Assembly: GCA_973895155.1 (NCBI GenBank) | Contig: OZ316897.1 | Location: 10,935,832 to 10,999,831, forward strand | Direction: 5' to 3' | Length of the DNA stretch: 64,000 nt | From: Marsupella aquatica | Taxonomy: Eukaryota > Plantae > Marchantiophyta | Shown: positions 14,451 to 29,200 of the stretch, piece after piece | How positions within the stretch are numbered: the stretch's first letter is position 1 | Layout: each line of letters opens with the position of its first letter | The notes under the pieces: model-generated | The model's database searches: none | The model's input: only the letters and a program-made list of their open reading frames with translations | What the model was told of the DNA's origin: nothing | Position numbers and translations under genes: made by a program

Positions 14451-17400
14451 GTTCCGAGCTGATTGGCGAGAACCATTCCTACCACGCCATGCGAAGAATG
14501 CGTAACTGATAATCCGTATTGTAGTTTTGTAGACCTTCCACTTTGTAGAAAAATGGGCCATATGTCATGAGATTTTATTAGGTTTAGGACGTCATCCCTT
14601 GGTAGTAACGAGTAAGCAATTGACCCCTGCCATCGGTGGAGCTTAGACATCCAGGGAAGAGGATTGAGATTGTTTACATCGACATTGCCTATACTCTCAG
14701 GTAATCGGTGGAGCTTAGACACCCAGGGAAGAGGACTACGATTATTGCGTCGACATAGCCTATGATCTTGTGTTGCAGGCCTAGAAACATTTCGAACTAG
14801 TTCCCGAATTTTCAAGATTGTCTTTCATCCCTCTAACCCCCCCCAAATCTTCAAGACTGACTTTCATTGGATGAATCTTATGAGATCGATATCTTTCTTT
14901 CGTTGGGCTTCATGAGGGGATTAATTTTTGACCTCATTTCTTTAGCTTCTCTCCCAACCGGTTTGATGGTAACTCGTTTATTAGGAAAGGTATTTTGTTT
15001 TGATAACATGGATCAACCCGGACTGCCAATTAGGTCACAGCAGATCCTCTTCTTCTATAATACTAGTCCATGCCCCTACGCTGTAGATGCGGTCATATTG
15101 TCGTTGTAGAAGTGTGTTATTGTTACAGCCATGCTATCTTTTGAGAGTGTTGTGGTTATTATGGTCATGATGTCACCCAAAGAGTGTGTGTTGAACAAAA
15201 GTGATGAGGCTACCATAAATGTATGAATGTCCACTTTCATGAATACGTTAAATTTAAATTTCATGAATACGTTAAATTTAAGCGACGTCATTTTCACACA
15301 ACATGGGGAGCAACTATGGGTGTGCAAACAAAGTTCACATCCCTTGTCACCAACTATTTTTTTTGTAATAGGCCCCCATGACAAATGTTTTGCAATTTTC
15401 CTGGTATGTTGGTTCACCACCTTCGTGGTTTTGCATTGCTAACACAAGCAATCAAAAACTATAATACCTAGTTGCGTCATTTTTTTGGCATGGTTGTCAT
15501 TCAAAGTTGTAGTGCCAAAAAAAGAGCTACTTAGTTGGTCCATTTTTTGGTGTGGTTGTCATTCAAAATTGCAGTGCCACAACGGGAGCTATTCAATACA
15601 GAGTAGGCATAAAAGTGTTTGGCACTACGGAGAGAACAACGGAGAGAACAACGGAGAGAATAATTTTGCAATACAAAACAAGACTTTTCTTAGTGCAGGC
15701 TGGAATGCTTGAGCTGAGGTTGCTTTGTTTCTATTACTTCACCTTTCATTTGGCAGTCTGGAACGTTTGAGCTGAGGCTGCTTTTAATCTTGCTCATTGT
15801 GTCTATATATCTTGTTCACTGCCACGCTGAAATTCCTTACCGAGCTCCAATTTGAACATGTGCTGCTGACTAAGTCCCTTGGCTATGGTAACATAGGTGC
15901 CCATGCATTCCTTGCCCGATTCCATGATCTCCCAGGAATTGTGCATCAATGGCATACTCTGGTAGTGTGCGCTTGGAACTTCAAGCATGGTAGTTGCAAC
16001 CTGGTGTGCCTTTAGATCTTTGATCCTCAAGTAACTTTCAAACACATTCTTGAACAAAAAGGCAACTTTGAAGAGAGCACCCGGGCGTTGTGTTAAAATG
16101 AGGTCGCTTATGTTTGAGTAAAAATATCTTCTTAGTCAGGACTTCCTGTTTTTGCCATTTTTGAACAGAACTCCCTGGCCCTGTGTTTGGGGGAAGACAG
16201 GAGCATAAATAAAAATGTCCAAAAACTTGCTATTGCCAAGCCAGTTTCAGCTGGAGCTTTTTCATTTAACAAATACTGGCATTCAAGGAAACAATGCATA
16301 CAAGAAAGGACTTAACATTTGACAAAGTGCCCGGGTGGACGCCTTACATGGAGGCTAGAGGATTTACCGCCCCTGTTTTCCTTGTTGGTCGATATATGCT
16401 CCTTGAACACTGCCAATGGGTAAGCAAGTTGGGTGTCGAGAGATATCCAACAATGTGTAACTATTCTAACTATCATTGACCTGTTCATGACACTACTCAA
16501 TATCATGTAAATGAACCCTAGTAAAAATGCATTCATTAGGTCTGATATGACCTTGTTGCCTATATGGTGAATCCATCTTCCAGTATTTTGTCTTATTCAA
16601 ACTTCTTTTTTCTTCTGTATTTTAATTCAATGTGTCTTACCAAGGTGCATCCCTTGTATACTTTAGATTTTGGATTAAATCTGGCACCCCTCTAAATTTT
16701 GCTTGCCAAAAAAAATGAATCATGCTGTTGCGGCTGATGAAGATGTGGCGCACCCTGGTGCTAGGGAACTTGCAAGTGACCTCTCACTAAATATAAACCA
16801 ATAAGTCTAAATAAAAATAAATAAAGTCTCCTCAACAAGACAGAACACTGCAAGACTTTGAGAACTGATCCAACATGGGTTGATTCAACAAAATAAGAAT
16901 TAGAAAACTGGAAATTTTTACAGATTCCATAACAACTCTATCTCTCGCAGCTCACCTGGGCTAGACGGCTCATCTGGGCTAGGCAAGCTCTTACCTCTTA
17001 ACATGGCCATTTATGCCCTAACCTCAAGAGGCAATAATACCTGGAAGAGATGTCCTTCTTGCTCCAATGGTCATTCGTCTCCATCCAAGTGAAGGTAGAA
17101 AAATCAAGAACTGAATGCTGCAAACATTTGGTGTAGTTTAGTAACTGCACCGTTCTCGGTAATTTCAGCATCAGGGTTCTGCCCCATGAGAACGTCTAGT
17201 CCCTCTGTTTATGCAATCACAATCCAAAAGTTAGTATACAGCTGTGTGAACTAATAATCCTGCGATGACCTCAAATAATCCATGTTTCAATCCAGAAGCA
17301 AGTTTCAAGAGACGTCACATGTTTTAGGACACGAAAGAGGGACAGAACTCTTGAGCAAAACAGAACGCAGAGTTCAATCAAAGCAAAGTCCTAACTTCCC

Positions 17401-17510
17401 GAAATGCTGCTGTTTAGTAAGAAGCCAACAAATGATTTTAGAATGCGATCAGTATCGAGCAAATGGGCCATAGGTGGGAACCTTCAGAGATAGCTTCAAC
17501 ACTGATGTGC

Positions 17511-20500
17511 TTACCAGGAAGACATACCTTGAAGATGCATGAGGGACGTTGCCATTTCCCACATGAAGACCTCCCATTCTGACTCCTCTCTTTGCCACTC
17601 AGATGTAGAGTGCAAAGGGTCGTGTTGAGATGGTCTTGCGCTCTGCTTCCTCTTCAGATTCTGACAGTTCACTATCGTACCCCTGCTTTGACGATGTCCC
17701 AACTCTTCTCCGGGATCTGTAATCTTCTTGCACGGCTGTTTATCCCGTCTCTTGTGGTCGTTGGACACTGACTGCTTCGAGTGGATTTGGGTGCTACTGC
17801 TCATTTTCCACTCAGCAGGCTGACTTCTGCGGGCAAGCTTTGGACCCTGCTTAACATTGAATATGGGTATATAGTCACGATTTTCATCATCGACAGATCT
17901 TCGGGCTCGTTGACAACTTGATAATATAAATTCTTCAAAAGTTCTGTTTCGGAGATCAGTCCTATCTTGTTTTTCCATGTAAGCAGCTCTTTTTGGGTGT
18001 TTCCTACTTGTGAGTTCAGGAGTGGCGGGATCCCGTATGGGGGACAGAGGTCTGGATTGACCTTCTCCAAGTTCATCATAAGACTGTTCGTTGGGATGCA
18101 GAGGAGAAACATCTCCATGGAGGTCCTCACTTTTGCTTTTCCTACTCTTACTCTCCAGCAAATCTGGGTGCCCCTTGCGAATGTCAAGGATGGGACTTGA
18201 GGATATTTGGTCCCCTGCTTTGGTACAACTAAGACTTGAGTATTGATCCACCCGATCCCCAAGGGAAATAGAGGGAATAAGGGGTTTGATTGAATCTTGG
18301 ACCGCTCTTTCATGGTCCCCTTGACCTCCCGAAAGACACTCCTCCCTCTGCGTCGATTCTCTTTCTTGTGGACTTGCATCTCTCAGATCTAACCGACTAG
18401 TTGGAGAGCTCCAATCCGCCAATGTCCCGTGATCCAGATATTCTCTGGTACCCTGTTCAACTGTACTGGGCATACTTTGGATTGAAATTTTCTCACTGCT
18501 GATGCCGCCGGATGTGGCTGGATCTCTCACAATCGAAGGACCGCGGGGATGATTGCCCCTTGGCCCTGACTTTTGCCCCTGAGAAGTCGAGTTCCTCTCT
18601 TGCTCTGGCCCGTTTTGAATAGAAGACCCCAGTAGAGATGCATTCCAGAAAGGTGCGTGCGGACTGGAGAAAGAACGTAAGTGCTTGCCGTCTTCCAACA
18701 CTCCAACGTCCTTCCCATCCAGGTTCTTCCTCAGATCAACTAGGCGAGGAAGTCCCCATATCTGATAAACCAGGAGGTACATCTGAGCACTTTTCTTCCG
18801 TAATTGATTGCCCTGCAGATTCAAGACTTTTGTTGCCAGTGCCATGTCAACGCCCACCATGTCAACGCCCACGCCCACCATGATCACACAACAAACCAAG
18901 TACAGGAAACCCATGTTAGAATTTGGGATCAATGCAAACCCGATTTAGCTTTCCTTGGAGTCAAGCACGGCTTGAAGTAAGTGGAGGACTATGAGCTGTC
19001 ATTTCACACCTTCTAAAGTGGCCCCAAAGCGGAGGACATCACAAAGTTGTCGGGAGGTAGCATCAGAGAACATATTGAAAGAGAGATCTAATGCTACGAG
19101 TCCTCGATTCGCTGTGAGCCTTGGCATCCTCTTCTTCAATCTACCGTCTCCAGACTCTCGCAGGCTCAATCGCCATTCTGTATCTGCTGTCCGCCGCACT
19201 CCTACCTGGTATATTCCATCGCCTTCAGTACAACTTGAAAATTTGCTACGTTGAACGTCATAAAGTAACACCAATTGACCACTTCTCCCCAAGAAACAAG
19301 CAACTCATCGTTGAACGGACCGACGTCCGGTTGGACCGGCAGTTCACCTCAGGGGTCAATAGAGTCAGCAAGGTGTACCTTCATAATGGAGGTAACCGAC
19401 GTGACACTAGCGTCTGTAAGAGCACAGCCTGACAAATCCAATACTTGTAACGGAAGGCATTCGCACAAACCTCGAGCCTGCGTGAATGATGACGAATAAT
19501 GCAAAGGAATGTAAGAGAATTGTTTGCAAATAAGTCCTTGATAAACTGTGGGTGAACTTTGATTGACTTGATTAGAGATGTCCGACGTCGTCTTCGACAA
19601 ACAGCCAGTGCAGTTGCCCGCCATAACCGTTGGATGACACTCCGGACTTCAATGTCTTTTGTCAGGTTAGGCATTGACTCAAGGTACTGCTGTGAATATT
19701 GTAACGGCAGACTTGATAGCGGACCTAAAACTTTCTTCGAGATAGATAAATTAATCGATTCATGATAGAACTAAGGGAAGACCTTCAGATCAAACTAACC
19801 GACAAGAGGTAACTGACCAGAAGCTCAAGCCTGACATCTCCCAGGGCACTGTTAGCCAATGAAAGGTGTTGTAAACTTGACGAACAACCTGCAACGTGCA
19901 TGCATGATCAATTCCATATCTCGGTGTTGCCAATTGGATAGCTACTGGTAGACTGTGGATGTTGAATTAGATCAGACTCTCTCAACAATTCGGTGGGAAG
20001 CTCTCCCGGAACTTTGAAACCTATCCCCAGGTCGAAAAGCAAGACATCAACATCCATAGTTGACGCTTTTCTCGGATAGTCGTGAACCCAATCCACTCGT
20101 AGAAGTGAATTGTGTTTGTTTGGAAGGACTATGAAGCGAAGAAATCCATCAGGAAGCCAGGAATCGCAACTATAACCCCGACTGCAACTTCCATCCCTTT
20201 CATGACATACCATCCCATTTCTGGTTGTCTAGATGCTCGTCAATCGAAATTGCAAGCACAAGAACCCTACTCAACATGAGAAACTAGAGACGGCTAAAAT
20301 CGTAGTGTACGTGTACTTAGTCATTTGGCCCTTCATGTCTCTCGTATCTGTTTCATGAATACTGAATCCTCTGTTTAGGGATGTAAGTTTTGGCGATTTA
20401 TTTCAAAGATGCGTATGAGTACATATGAATAAATCATTTCTAAATTTCGGAGCCTGACGTAGTTCTTCAGGTTCCAAGGAGTACGCACTTAGTGCCTGAG

Positions 20501-21430
20501 ACACAACTTTGATATCTTGCCTCGAAAGCAAGAAACCGAGCTCCAATTCTTGCACCCATCCTCCCGCCCCAACAGCTCGGGCCAGTGCCCTGCAAATCCA
20601 CGTTGCAACCATCTCACAACAATTGAGAAGTGTTGCGGGATCTGTTCTAACATACTGGCAAATATGTTCCATTCTTGCATCTTTGATGAATTTTAAAGTT
20701 TTGGCCCTATCTTTCGTAAAGAATTCCCTTTGGTGCTTAACTAAACTTAGATCAATGAGAGTTCCACTTTTGAGAAACACGTGAAATGCCGAAGATTCGA
20801 AAAAGCGTCGCAGTATACACACAGCTCTTACTTATTCTAAGATATGAAATTTCTCCCCACGTCAGGAATCTGCGTGGGGAATCTGTGACAGCACAGCGTG
20901 GTCGATAGGATAGCTGCAATGTATGTGGACCGATAACCTCTTCTCTGTTTGGTTGGGTAGAAATTTCTTAAGACTCAGAGAAGGTTTCCCAAGACTCAGA
21001 GAAGGTTCACCTGGAGAATCTCTCCAATGCAGCACAGGTCGTTGGATCTGAAGGTCTGAACCGGATAGGCTCTGTTCATGGTACAAATCAGGAGAAGTCA
21101 ACAAAACCATTCACATCGATTTCACACATTTTGATTCAAATAACTCCACACTCTGAAACCTACGACTTTGCTGGCTGCAACTTTTTTCATTCATTAAAGT
21201 CGAGGATATTGAACTCTACACTGAGCTCGAACACTCTGAACTCACAGTGACCCCTCTGAACGCACAGTGACCCATCACTAACGTGGCATGGAGAGCGAGA
21301 GAACCAAATTCGCCATCGCTGCCAAGAGGACGGTTGTAGAGGCGAAGAGCCGTGTTACTGGAGGTTTTCAGACTGGTCACTATGACGTTGAAATCCTCCA
21401 ACTTCATCTTGAGTAAATCAATCTGCACAA
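17511..21430 (-). CDS. CEP78-like leucine-rich-repeat centriolar protein (multi-exon; 5' end uncertain, may extend to about 22470)
   Basis: In-phase GT-AG exons: one ending at 20489 (VQELELGFLLSRQDIKVVSQAL), 19888-19818 (SSSLQHLSLANSALGDVRLELL), 19477-19379 (ARGL..LQVLDLSGCALTD..IMK), 19205-19010 (VGVRRTADTEWRLSLR..LVALDLSFN), 18826-17511 (VLNLQGNQL plus long disordered tail); upstream block QIDLLKMKLEDFNVIVTSLK at about 21.4 kb. Order and motifs match my recollection of CEP78 LRRs (LKNLELNGLILRERDL / LVHLSLANCPIGD / VNFTGCNLT / RRHEETWAESLR). Confidence 0.65.
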
Positions 21431-24019
21431 ACGCTCGCCAGAGGTCCTTTTAGTAAAAAGCAGACTCGTTAGCTTCTTGGAAAACATATTTTTTGGTTCT
21501 GTTTTCCCTTGCGTATTGCTCAAGGGGACCAAAAATTGATCGACATCAATCTCAGTGTGAAGAAGTTGTGTGAAGACTGCTAAATTCCCAAGGCTCCCAA
21601 GATTCATAATCTGTATTTCACTTCCGAAATCTGGAAGGAGAATTCTACATGTCGATCACAACGAAAGGAATTGAAAAATGCTAGAATGTAACTAATGGAG
21701 GACAAGTATATAAAGAACAGATAAATGCCTGAAAGATGAATGAATGTGATGTCCACTGGGACGCTATCGGGTGACTTGGAGCCTACTAAGACAAACCAGA
21801 GTTCAAAGTTGTTAAATCAGACCAAACGTCAGCAAAAATAGGAAAACTCAGCCTACCAAACTTCCCAATCTTCACGCGATGAACACATATTTCATCTGGA
21901 TTAGATAGAATTGCAACAACTTATAAAGCTCCAGTATAAATTTGTTGGCTAATTTCTTGTCAAGTCCTGCTATCAGCTGCCCGTACAATGTACAAGGCCC
22001 TGTGATCCAAGATCAAAGATGTTTCATAACCATTGCTGGGAAGAGAAGAATCCGGGAAGAGACAGATTTCTATGAAATTAGAGAGTCGAGAGCAACAAGC
22101 CCAGCGCTGCGAGCATTTTCTGTGCGATGCCCAATCCACCGTACGTGGTTTGTGATCTCTGGTTTACGATAGCGTAACTGGACTGTAGCTACGAAGAAGC
22201 CTCCTCAGATTTCATCTTTGTTCTGCTTTCCCTTGCGTTCTGTTTTCAGTGTTGGGAATTGTTTGGCTTCAGTGTTATCAATGGTCAGATCATTTTAATT
22301 TGGAAGTCTACTGTAGTTACCTCCGCCCCGCGTTTCAAGCAGCCAGATCGGCGTTTCACGAAGCCTGGCTGTTCTTCAGGGTCCTGTTTCAGTCGAGGGA
22401 TCCGCTTCAATCCGCGGCTTTGATCTGCCGTAGTGGCGTGTTTGGTCGCCAGTAGCTTTATTTCCACCATGGATACAATCTTCTGTTACGCCGATTTATT
22501 ATTTGCATTCAGTCATCCGAACTTCGTCACTGGCTCGTCTAAAGATTGTCGTTTACAGACAAACAAATATGGGATATGTTGTCAGCACTTTTCTGGTTTC
22601 CCTTACAGATACTTGTTGCCTCGTGATCACTGGGCGTCGCCGCGAACCAGCTGACTCCAACCTGCCATCCTTCAGTCGGACGCGAAGAACTGCGAGAATG
22701 TCAAGAAACTACAGAATGATTTTGAACTCCACAAACAGTGACAAGCCTTGGCTTCAATTATCCCCTACAGCCTGCGTCAAGCATTATGAGAAGGCTAGCG
22801 CTGTGACTCACTACTAATGCCTACACTTCAAGAAAGGATTCAACTGGTGAAAGAGCGCCTCAATGACTACAAGAAAGTTCAGAAATAATCGCTAACGATA
22901 CGAAGTGAACTGTGAGTTGTGCCCTTCAACTCTCTGTTGTGAAGGCATCATTCTCCGTGTGCTCACTTGCAATGATGCATAGCCTTGCAGATCGCCATCA
23001 CATGTGATCATTGCGAACGCTGATTGAGCGTGCCTCCTGGCTCAAGCTTTTGACTCGAGACTGCACCCAATTATGGTGTCAAGTTTGCCGATCAGGTCAA
23101 TAAGTAGCCTCAGAAAAATGCACATATTAGGATGTCAGTGGAAGACCCGAACGGCATTGCGGAAAGCACGAGGAGGCAAAGCAAAGCTACTAACACAGAT
23201 GATTATTTTCAAGGGTACATCTTTCTCTTGGTCTAGAGGGCGCGGATTCACGACCGTGTTGTATGTTTAACGCAATCATCTGCCACGAACGAATGTCCTC
23301 ATGTCCTACGAAACTGTTGGATGAAGTGCTAACTGCAGTCACATGCCGCCAAGATCCACCGGTAGACAAGACACACATCGTGCAGTGAGCGGTTAGGCTC
23401 ACATTTAGTAAGCTTCTTGATGACTTCCAACTTGACTAATCAAGTTTCTCGACGTGTGTCCGTCTGTTATCGACGCAGAGCAATTCCACATTACTTCACG
23501 TCTCCCTCGGAGCTCTTAGCAGAATGAAAGAATAAATTGAGAGCCCCCGAATTCACAACAGCGCGATGGATTGAATGATGAGGAGGTATAGAGCTTGCCA
23601 CTTAAGAAAAGAGAGAGAAAAACGATATGAGAAAAGGAATAGAAGAGGTGCAAAGAGATTCTTTCTTCAAGGCACCATTTAGCTCCGATGTGTACATTGA
23701 AAACTTTGCCTGAACCTTGTCGTGAAACCGGACTAGTGAATGGAAGTCTCGGACTAGTGTTGGGATTCAGAAGTCCAATACATGAATTCAATTCTGTGTA
23801 GACCAGCCTTGACTCCATGCGTTGTGATTTGTATTATTTCAATAAAAGAGATGGAAGACGGGATATAAAAGAACAGATGACCAAAAGCACAGACAAAGAA
23901 AGTCCGGTGATGAAGACATCGGGAGCTTACAAAATTTCACTTTATTTAAATGACACCAAGAAGAGGAATCACTCTAAGAAGAGGGAATCAGACTTAAGAT
24001 TGGCAGGGATCATCTCTAA

Positions 24020-24557
24020 GGGTGGCTTTACAAGACGTCCGGGGCAGTTCCTTCACTTTTCTGACATCCAAGATCCAATCCAGGCCATCCATTGGGGAGA
24101 TAGTGCTGGAGTTCACTTTAGAAAACGTCGGGGGCAGTTTTGCTCATTGATTCTGCCGATCCTACATGGACTTCAGTGGGGCCCAACTTTTGCCTATGTG
24201 GAGCTCTTTTTTGTCCAGAATTTTAGACCACCTCCGTTGGAGGTACCTTCATCCGGCCGCTTGGTCCATTCCTATTATGGGCAGTTTTCAATAAATGCGG
24301 ACCCACATGAACCAGCATTAGCCAAAGATTAGCCAGCATTAGCCAAAGATTCAGGTGGAGTGGGTCCCAAGTTTGTCTTCTAGTCAATGATTCTAGTTAC
24401 ACTGGCCAGAGTTCCCTTTACAAGACGTTGGGGGCAATAAAAGTCTTCTAAATTCTCTATTAGCCCCGGTATACTGTTTTTAGCATGTGAAACTGCTGCT
24501 GGCTCAGCTTTGGTAGAAAAGGAAGCGAACAGCCCCCGACGTCTTGTAAAGTGCCCC
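24020..24557. mobile_element. PIF/Harbinger (Tourist-like) MITE
   Basis: About 31-bp imperfect TIRs gggtggctttacaagacgtccggggcagttc / gaacagcccccgacgtcttgtaaagtgcccc, TAA on both flanks (24017-19, 24558-60). Internal copies of the TIR motif at about 24115 and 24414. Confidence 0.75.
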
Positions 24558-25169
24558 TAAGACGAGTAGTCCTACTTAAGAATGACATCAATCATCTCAA
24601 TGGCTGCAATGCGATTCCGTGAGTGTGATGAATAGCTTGGAGAACAAATATGAGACACTGTTACAAGATTTGACACATTCGTAAAATCATACACAGTATA
24701 AACATTCATTGATTGATTCATTGCAAAACACTTAATGCTCTATCCCAGCAAAACGCCATGTACGGCCATAAAGGGGCAACAAACTTGGGCAACAAACTTT
24801 ACTCGAGCAAAATACTTGATGGGCCCCTCTAGCTAAAGATATTTCTGAGTAGCCCCTAACTTTTCAAATACTCTTAATGGGGCCCCTTTTCCCTGTAACC
24901 CTTTCTCAGGACCACCTGTCATATTATTTTTTTGGTATTTTTAATTGTACAAATATCTACCTCAATCCACCAGATGTATTGTCTAGAAGCAATTCAATAT
25001 ACTTTTGTTTGAAAATAAGTATATATAACTTATGTACAAAGTATTTAGCCCTTTTCACTCCCATATTCATTTATTTCATGTACTCACGAGCCTCTGTTTG
25101 TCTCACTTATTTGCCTTGCAATACTGGCAACCACCTTGATGCTTTTCTACAAAAAATAGAAAATTTACT

Positions 25170-25659
25170 GTACAGCTATTTCTGGTAACAGTGCAAGACG
25201 GAGACCAGAGTATTGTTATTCTTGTATATAGAGTGGCTCCTTTTTTTTTTTGCCTTGAAAACCGAAAGTAGGCCCATCCAACAGAGGATAGACGTCCTGC
25301 TTTGGAGCATGCAGTTCTATGTAGGGCAGCCACAAGGGGACAATACCCAAGGATCCGACAGGGACCCAGACCAGGAGGGAGAGAGGATTAAACCAGAACC
25401 CAAAGTGGGCAACCAGGGCTGAGGAGATAATCAATACTCCCACCACTACACCCCACCCACACACACACACATACCCTCCACACCCCTTATGTGTGGAGGG
25501 AGGATAGAGTGGCTCCTTTTGAAAGTACTGATAATTGGACAATCATGGTTTCTTTGTCTATAGAAAATGGGATTGGATCAAAAGACATTCATCTCATTTC
25601 TGACCGCCAGAAAGGGTTGTTGGCTACTGTCCATGATGTATCACCAGGTGTGACATGCA
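25170..25659 (+). pseudogene. Mutator/MULE transposase remnant, interrupted by a short retro-insertion and the Copia element
   Basis: After removing the 25245-25503 insert it reads LFLVTVQDGDQSIVILVYRVAPFESTDNW...ISDRQKGLLATVHDVSP, matching the MULE DG(N)...E..W...ISDRQKGL pattern. Confidence 0.7.
25245..25503 (-). mobile_element. 5'-truncated non-LTR retro-insertion (LINE 3' end or SINE) with poly(A)
   Basis: Flanked by direct repeat atagagtggctcctttt (25228-25244 and 25504-25520), with a T-run at the left end and a (CA)n inside. Confidence 0.65.
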
Positions 25660-26003
25660 TGTTGAGCATAGACGACATTCGTAACGGCAAGCCCATGAAC
25701 CATCCAACGCACAATAGTCGACATAGAGAGATACGTGGTTCACCTCCACATGAGGCTACGTCCACGGGAACATACAAGAGCTTTACTGCACTCTAGGCCG
25801 ACCGGCCATACCAAGCATCCACAGCACAAGCTCTTCCTATCTCTCAACTAGCTCCATAACAATGAGCCTTTGTTCCACTAGGGTCTGGCATCAGCCCTGG
25901 CTATATGCACAACAGCACTACCGCTAACCTTAGCTAGGTCCTAACCTGAGTTAGCCTAACTGTGGTTAGCACAAGAGTCACAAGACTAGAGCAATATCTA
26001 ACA
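25660..26003 (-). repeat. Copia 3' LTR
   Basis: tgttgagcata...atctaaca; I count about 6 substitutions against the other LTR. Confidence 0.95.
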
Positions 26004-26210
26004 AACTCCCCCTTGACTCTTGTCTTGGGGACTGGACTAAAAGCTACCATATGGAATCCTCAGCGGGAAGTTCTAGACAATCACCAAACCAGGTCTCCCC
26101 CTAAAAACCACAAGGGTTAACTAAGGGTTAACTAGAACTAAGCCGTAGCCTAACAGGAATGAGTAATCCATATACAAATAGTCACACATTGCTAAATAAC
26201 TCTACTTGCA

Positions 26211-29200
26211 CTACAACTGCAAAACCTGCAAAGTAGCACGGTGTCTTGAGAAACTCTCCAAAGGAATTACTTTGGTAAAGGCATCAGCGGGATTGAGCTT
26301 TCCATCAATCTTGACTAGCTCAAAAGTTTTATCAGACACTGCTTGCCTGATAAAATGGTACCTGATATCAATGTGCTTCACCCTGCTATCCATCACCTGG
26401 TTAGCAGCCAAGTGAAGAGCACTCTGACTATCACAGTTTAGAGTCATTTTTCCATGATCTAAACCCATCTCCGCGATCAACTTATCCAACCAAATTGCTT
26501 CCTTTGCTGCTTCTGCTGCTGCAACATACTCTGCTTCTATAGTAGACTGATATATGCACTTCTGCAAGGTAGATTTCCAACTAATACATCCTCCTCCAAG
26601 AGTGTATACAAACCCAGTTGTAGACCTCCTTGAATCCAGACAGCCTCCATAGTCAGAATCTACATAGCCAACCAACGTTCTATCTGATCTATTATCAAAT
26701 AGTAATCCATAGTCCTGTGTTCCCTTCACATACCTGAGAATCCATTTCACAGCTTCCCAGTGTACCTTCCCTAGATTTGACATGAATCTGCTAACCTTGC
26801 CCATCGCTAGGGCCAAGTCAGGCCTAGTACAAGTCATCAAATACATCAGACTGCCTACTGCCTTCTCATAAGGAATCTTAGCCATCAGACCTTTCTCCAC
26901 AGCATCCGTAGGAGAGAAAGCCGATGATAACTTGAAATGTGAAGCTAAAGGAATACTCACTGACTTACAGTTTTCCATGTTGAATCGTGCAAGTACTTTC
27001 CTCGCATAATGGCCTTGACTCAAGCACAACTGTTCAGTCTCAGAGTTCCTAAAAATCTCCATCCCTAAGATCCTCTTGGCCTTACCAAGATCCTTCATCC
27101 TGAATTCAGCACTCAATTTTGCCTTGAGACTGTCAACCTCAGATTGATCTTTAGCCACAATCAGCATGTCATCCACATAGATCACCAGAATGATGAAACC
27201 GAATACATCATTCTTGACTGATTTCGTATACACACAAGGATCATACACCATCCTTGTAAAACCTTGAGCAAGCATGAAATCATCAAACCGCTTGTTCCAT
27301 TGTCTGGGAGACTGCTTCAATCCATACAAGGACTTGAGCAATCTGCAAACTAAGTTCTCTTGGCCCTTCTTCATAAAGCCTAGTGGTTGTCTCATGAAGA
27401 TCATCTCTTCCAAGTTGCCATAGAGAAAAGCAGTAGCAACATCCATCTGATCCATCACCAGACCAAAAAACATAATAAGCTGACACAAGATCCGAATTGT
27501 GGAATACTTAGCTACCGGTGAAAAGACCTCATTGTAATCCACTCCTTTCTCCTGAGTGAATCCCTTGGCAACAAGCCGTGCCTTGTAGATCTTATCTCCA
27601 CCCTCTGAAGGACTGTCCTTCAACTTGTAAATCCACTTGCTGTCCACCACTTGCTGACCTCTTGGAAGCTCCACCAGCTCTCATGTCTTGTTGTCACTCA
27701 AAGATTGCAACTCCCTCTGCATTGCTGCATTCCACTCATGCTTCTGCTCTGAAGCACAAGCCTCACTATACGAAGAAGGCTCTCCTTCTTCCAAGATCAA
27801 AGCCATATCATCTTCATCAGGTGCAATGTCAATATCATCTAGCTTAGATGAGTTTGCCCATTGACCATACCTGGTAGGAGCTCTAGTAGAACGACTGGAA
27901 GTTCTTCTAGTAGATGACTCAGGCTGATCTACTGTTGTTGCTGTTTGAATTTGAGGTACCCCAACAACAATCTGCTCCTCTTGTTCCATCACAGGAACCA
28001 GCTCCAAGCCCGAAGCTTCTCCATCTCTCCTGTCATGAACTGCATCATGACTAATCTCCCCCTGAACCCGGTCCGGGATGGGAGATTTCCCCTTGTCAGT
28101 ATGGGAGTCCTGAGAACTCTTCCGCTCCTTTGATGATCTGGATTCATTAAAGGACACAGCTCTACTGACAATTAGTTTACAGGTTACTGGATCCCATAAC
28201 CTATAACCCTTAACACCTTTCTGATAGCCAAGGAAAATGCACTTCTTCGACTTGGACTCCAGCTTGGATCGAAGCTGGGAAGGTGTAAGCACATAAGCAT
28301 CACATCCAAAAATCCTCAGATGTGAGTAATCTGCTGGACGCCCGTACCTCATTTCAAATGGCGTCTTGAATCCAATAGAACTGGATGGAGAAAAATTTAC
28401 CAAATAAGCTGTAGTGTTGACAGCTTCAACCCAAAACTCATGTGGTAAGCATGATTGACTCAACATACTCCTCGAGCGGTCCAATAGTGTTCGGTTGAGT
28501 CTCTCAGAAATACCATTCTGCTGAGGAGTATAAATTGTTGTGAGATGGCGGGTGATCCCCTGCTCCTTACAATACATTCCAAATTCACCGGAACTGTATT
28601 CACCATCGTTATCCGATCAAAGATATCTCACCTTATTACCAGTCTGATTCTCAACTTGGGCTTTCCACTCCTTAAAAGTGGCAAAAACATCAGACTTATT
28701 GTGTAGAAAGTATATCCACACATACCTTGAGTAATCGTCTATGAACGTGACATAGTATAACCATCCAGAATGTGAGGGAGTAGGGGCTGGACCCCACACA
28801 TCACTATGTACATACTCAAGTACCTCCTTGCTGGTGTGAGTTCCAACTCCGAAGGGTTTCCTGTGCTGCTTCCCTAGCACACAGTGCTCACAAAATTCCA
28901 ACTTACAAGATTGCAAATTAGAAAGTAATCTTTTCTTCTGAAGAATAACCAAACCTTTTTCACTCATGTGGCCCAAACGGAAGTGCCACAGCCGGGCCAT
29001 CTCCTCATGAGATAAGGTTACATTGGCTTCATCACAAACTACACTGCCCTCCAAAACGTATAGATTGCTATGTCTCTTTCCCTTCAATACAACTTTAGTA
29101 CCAGTTGAAACCTGAAGGACACCATTAGCAGAGCTCCACTGATGGCCATTTGCTTCTAAAACTCCAAGTGAAATGAGATTTTTCATCATGCTGGGAATAT

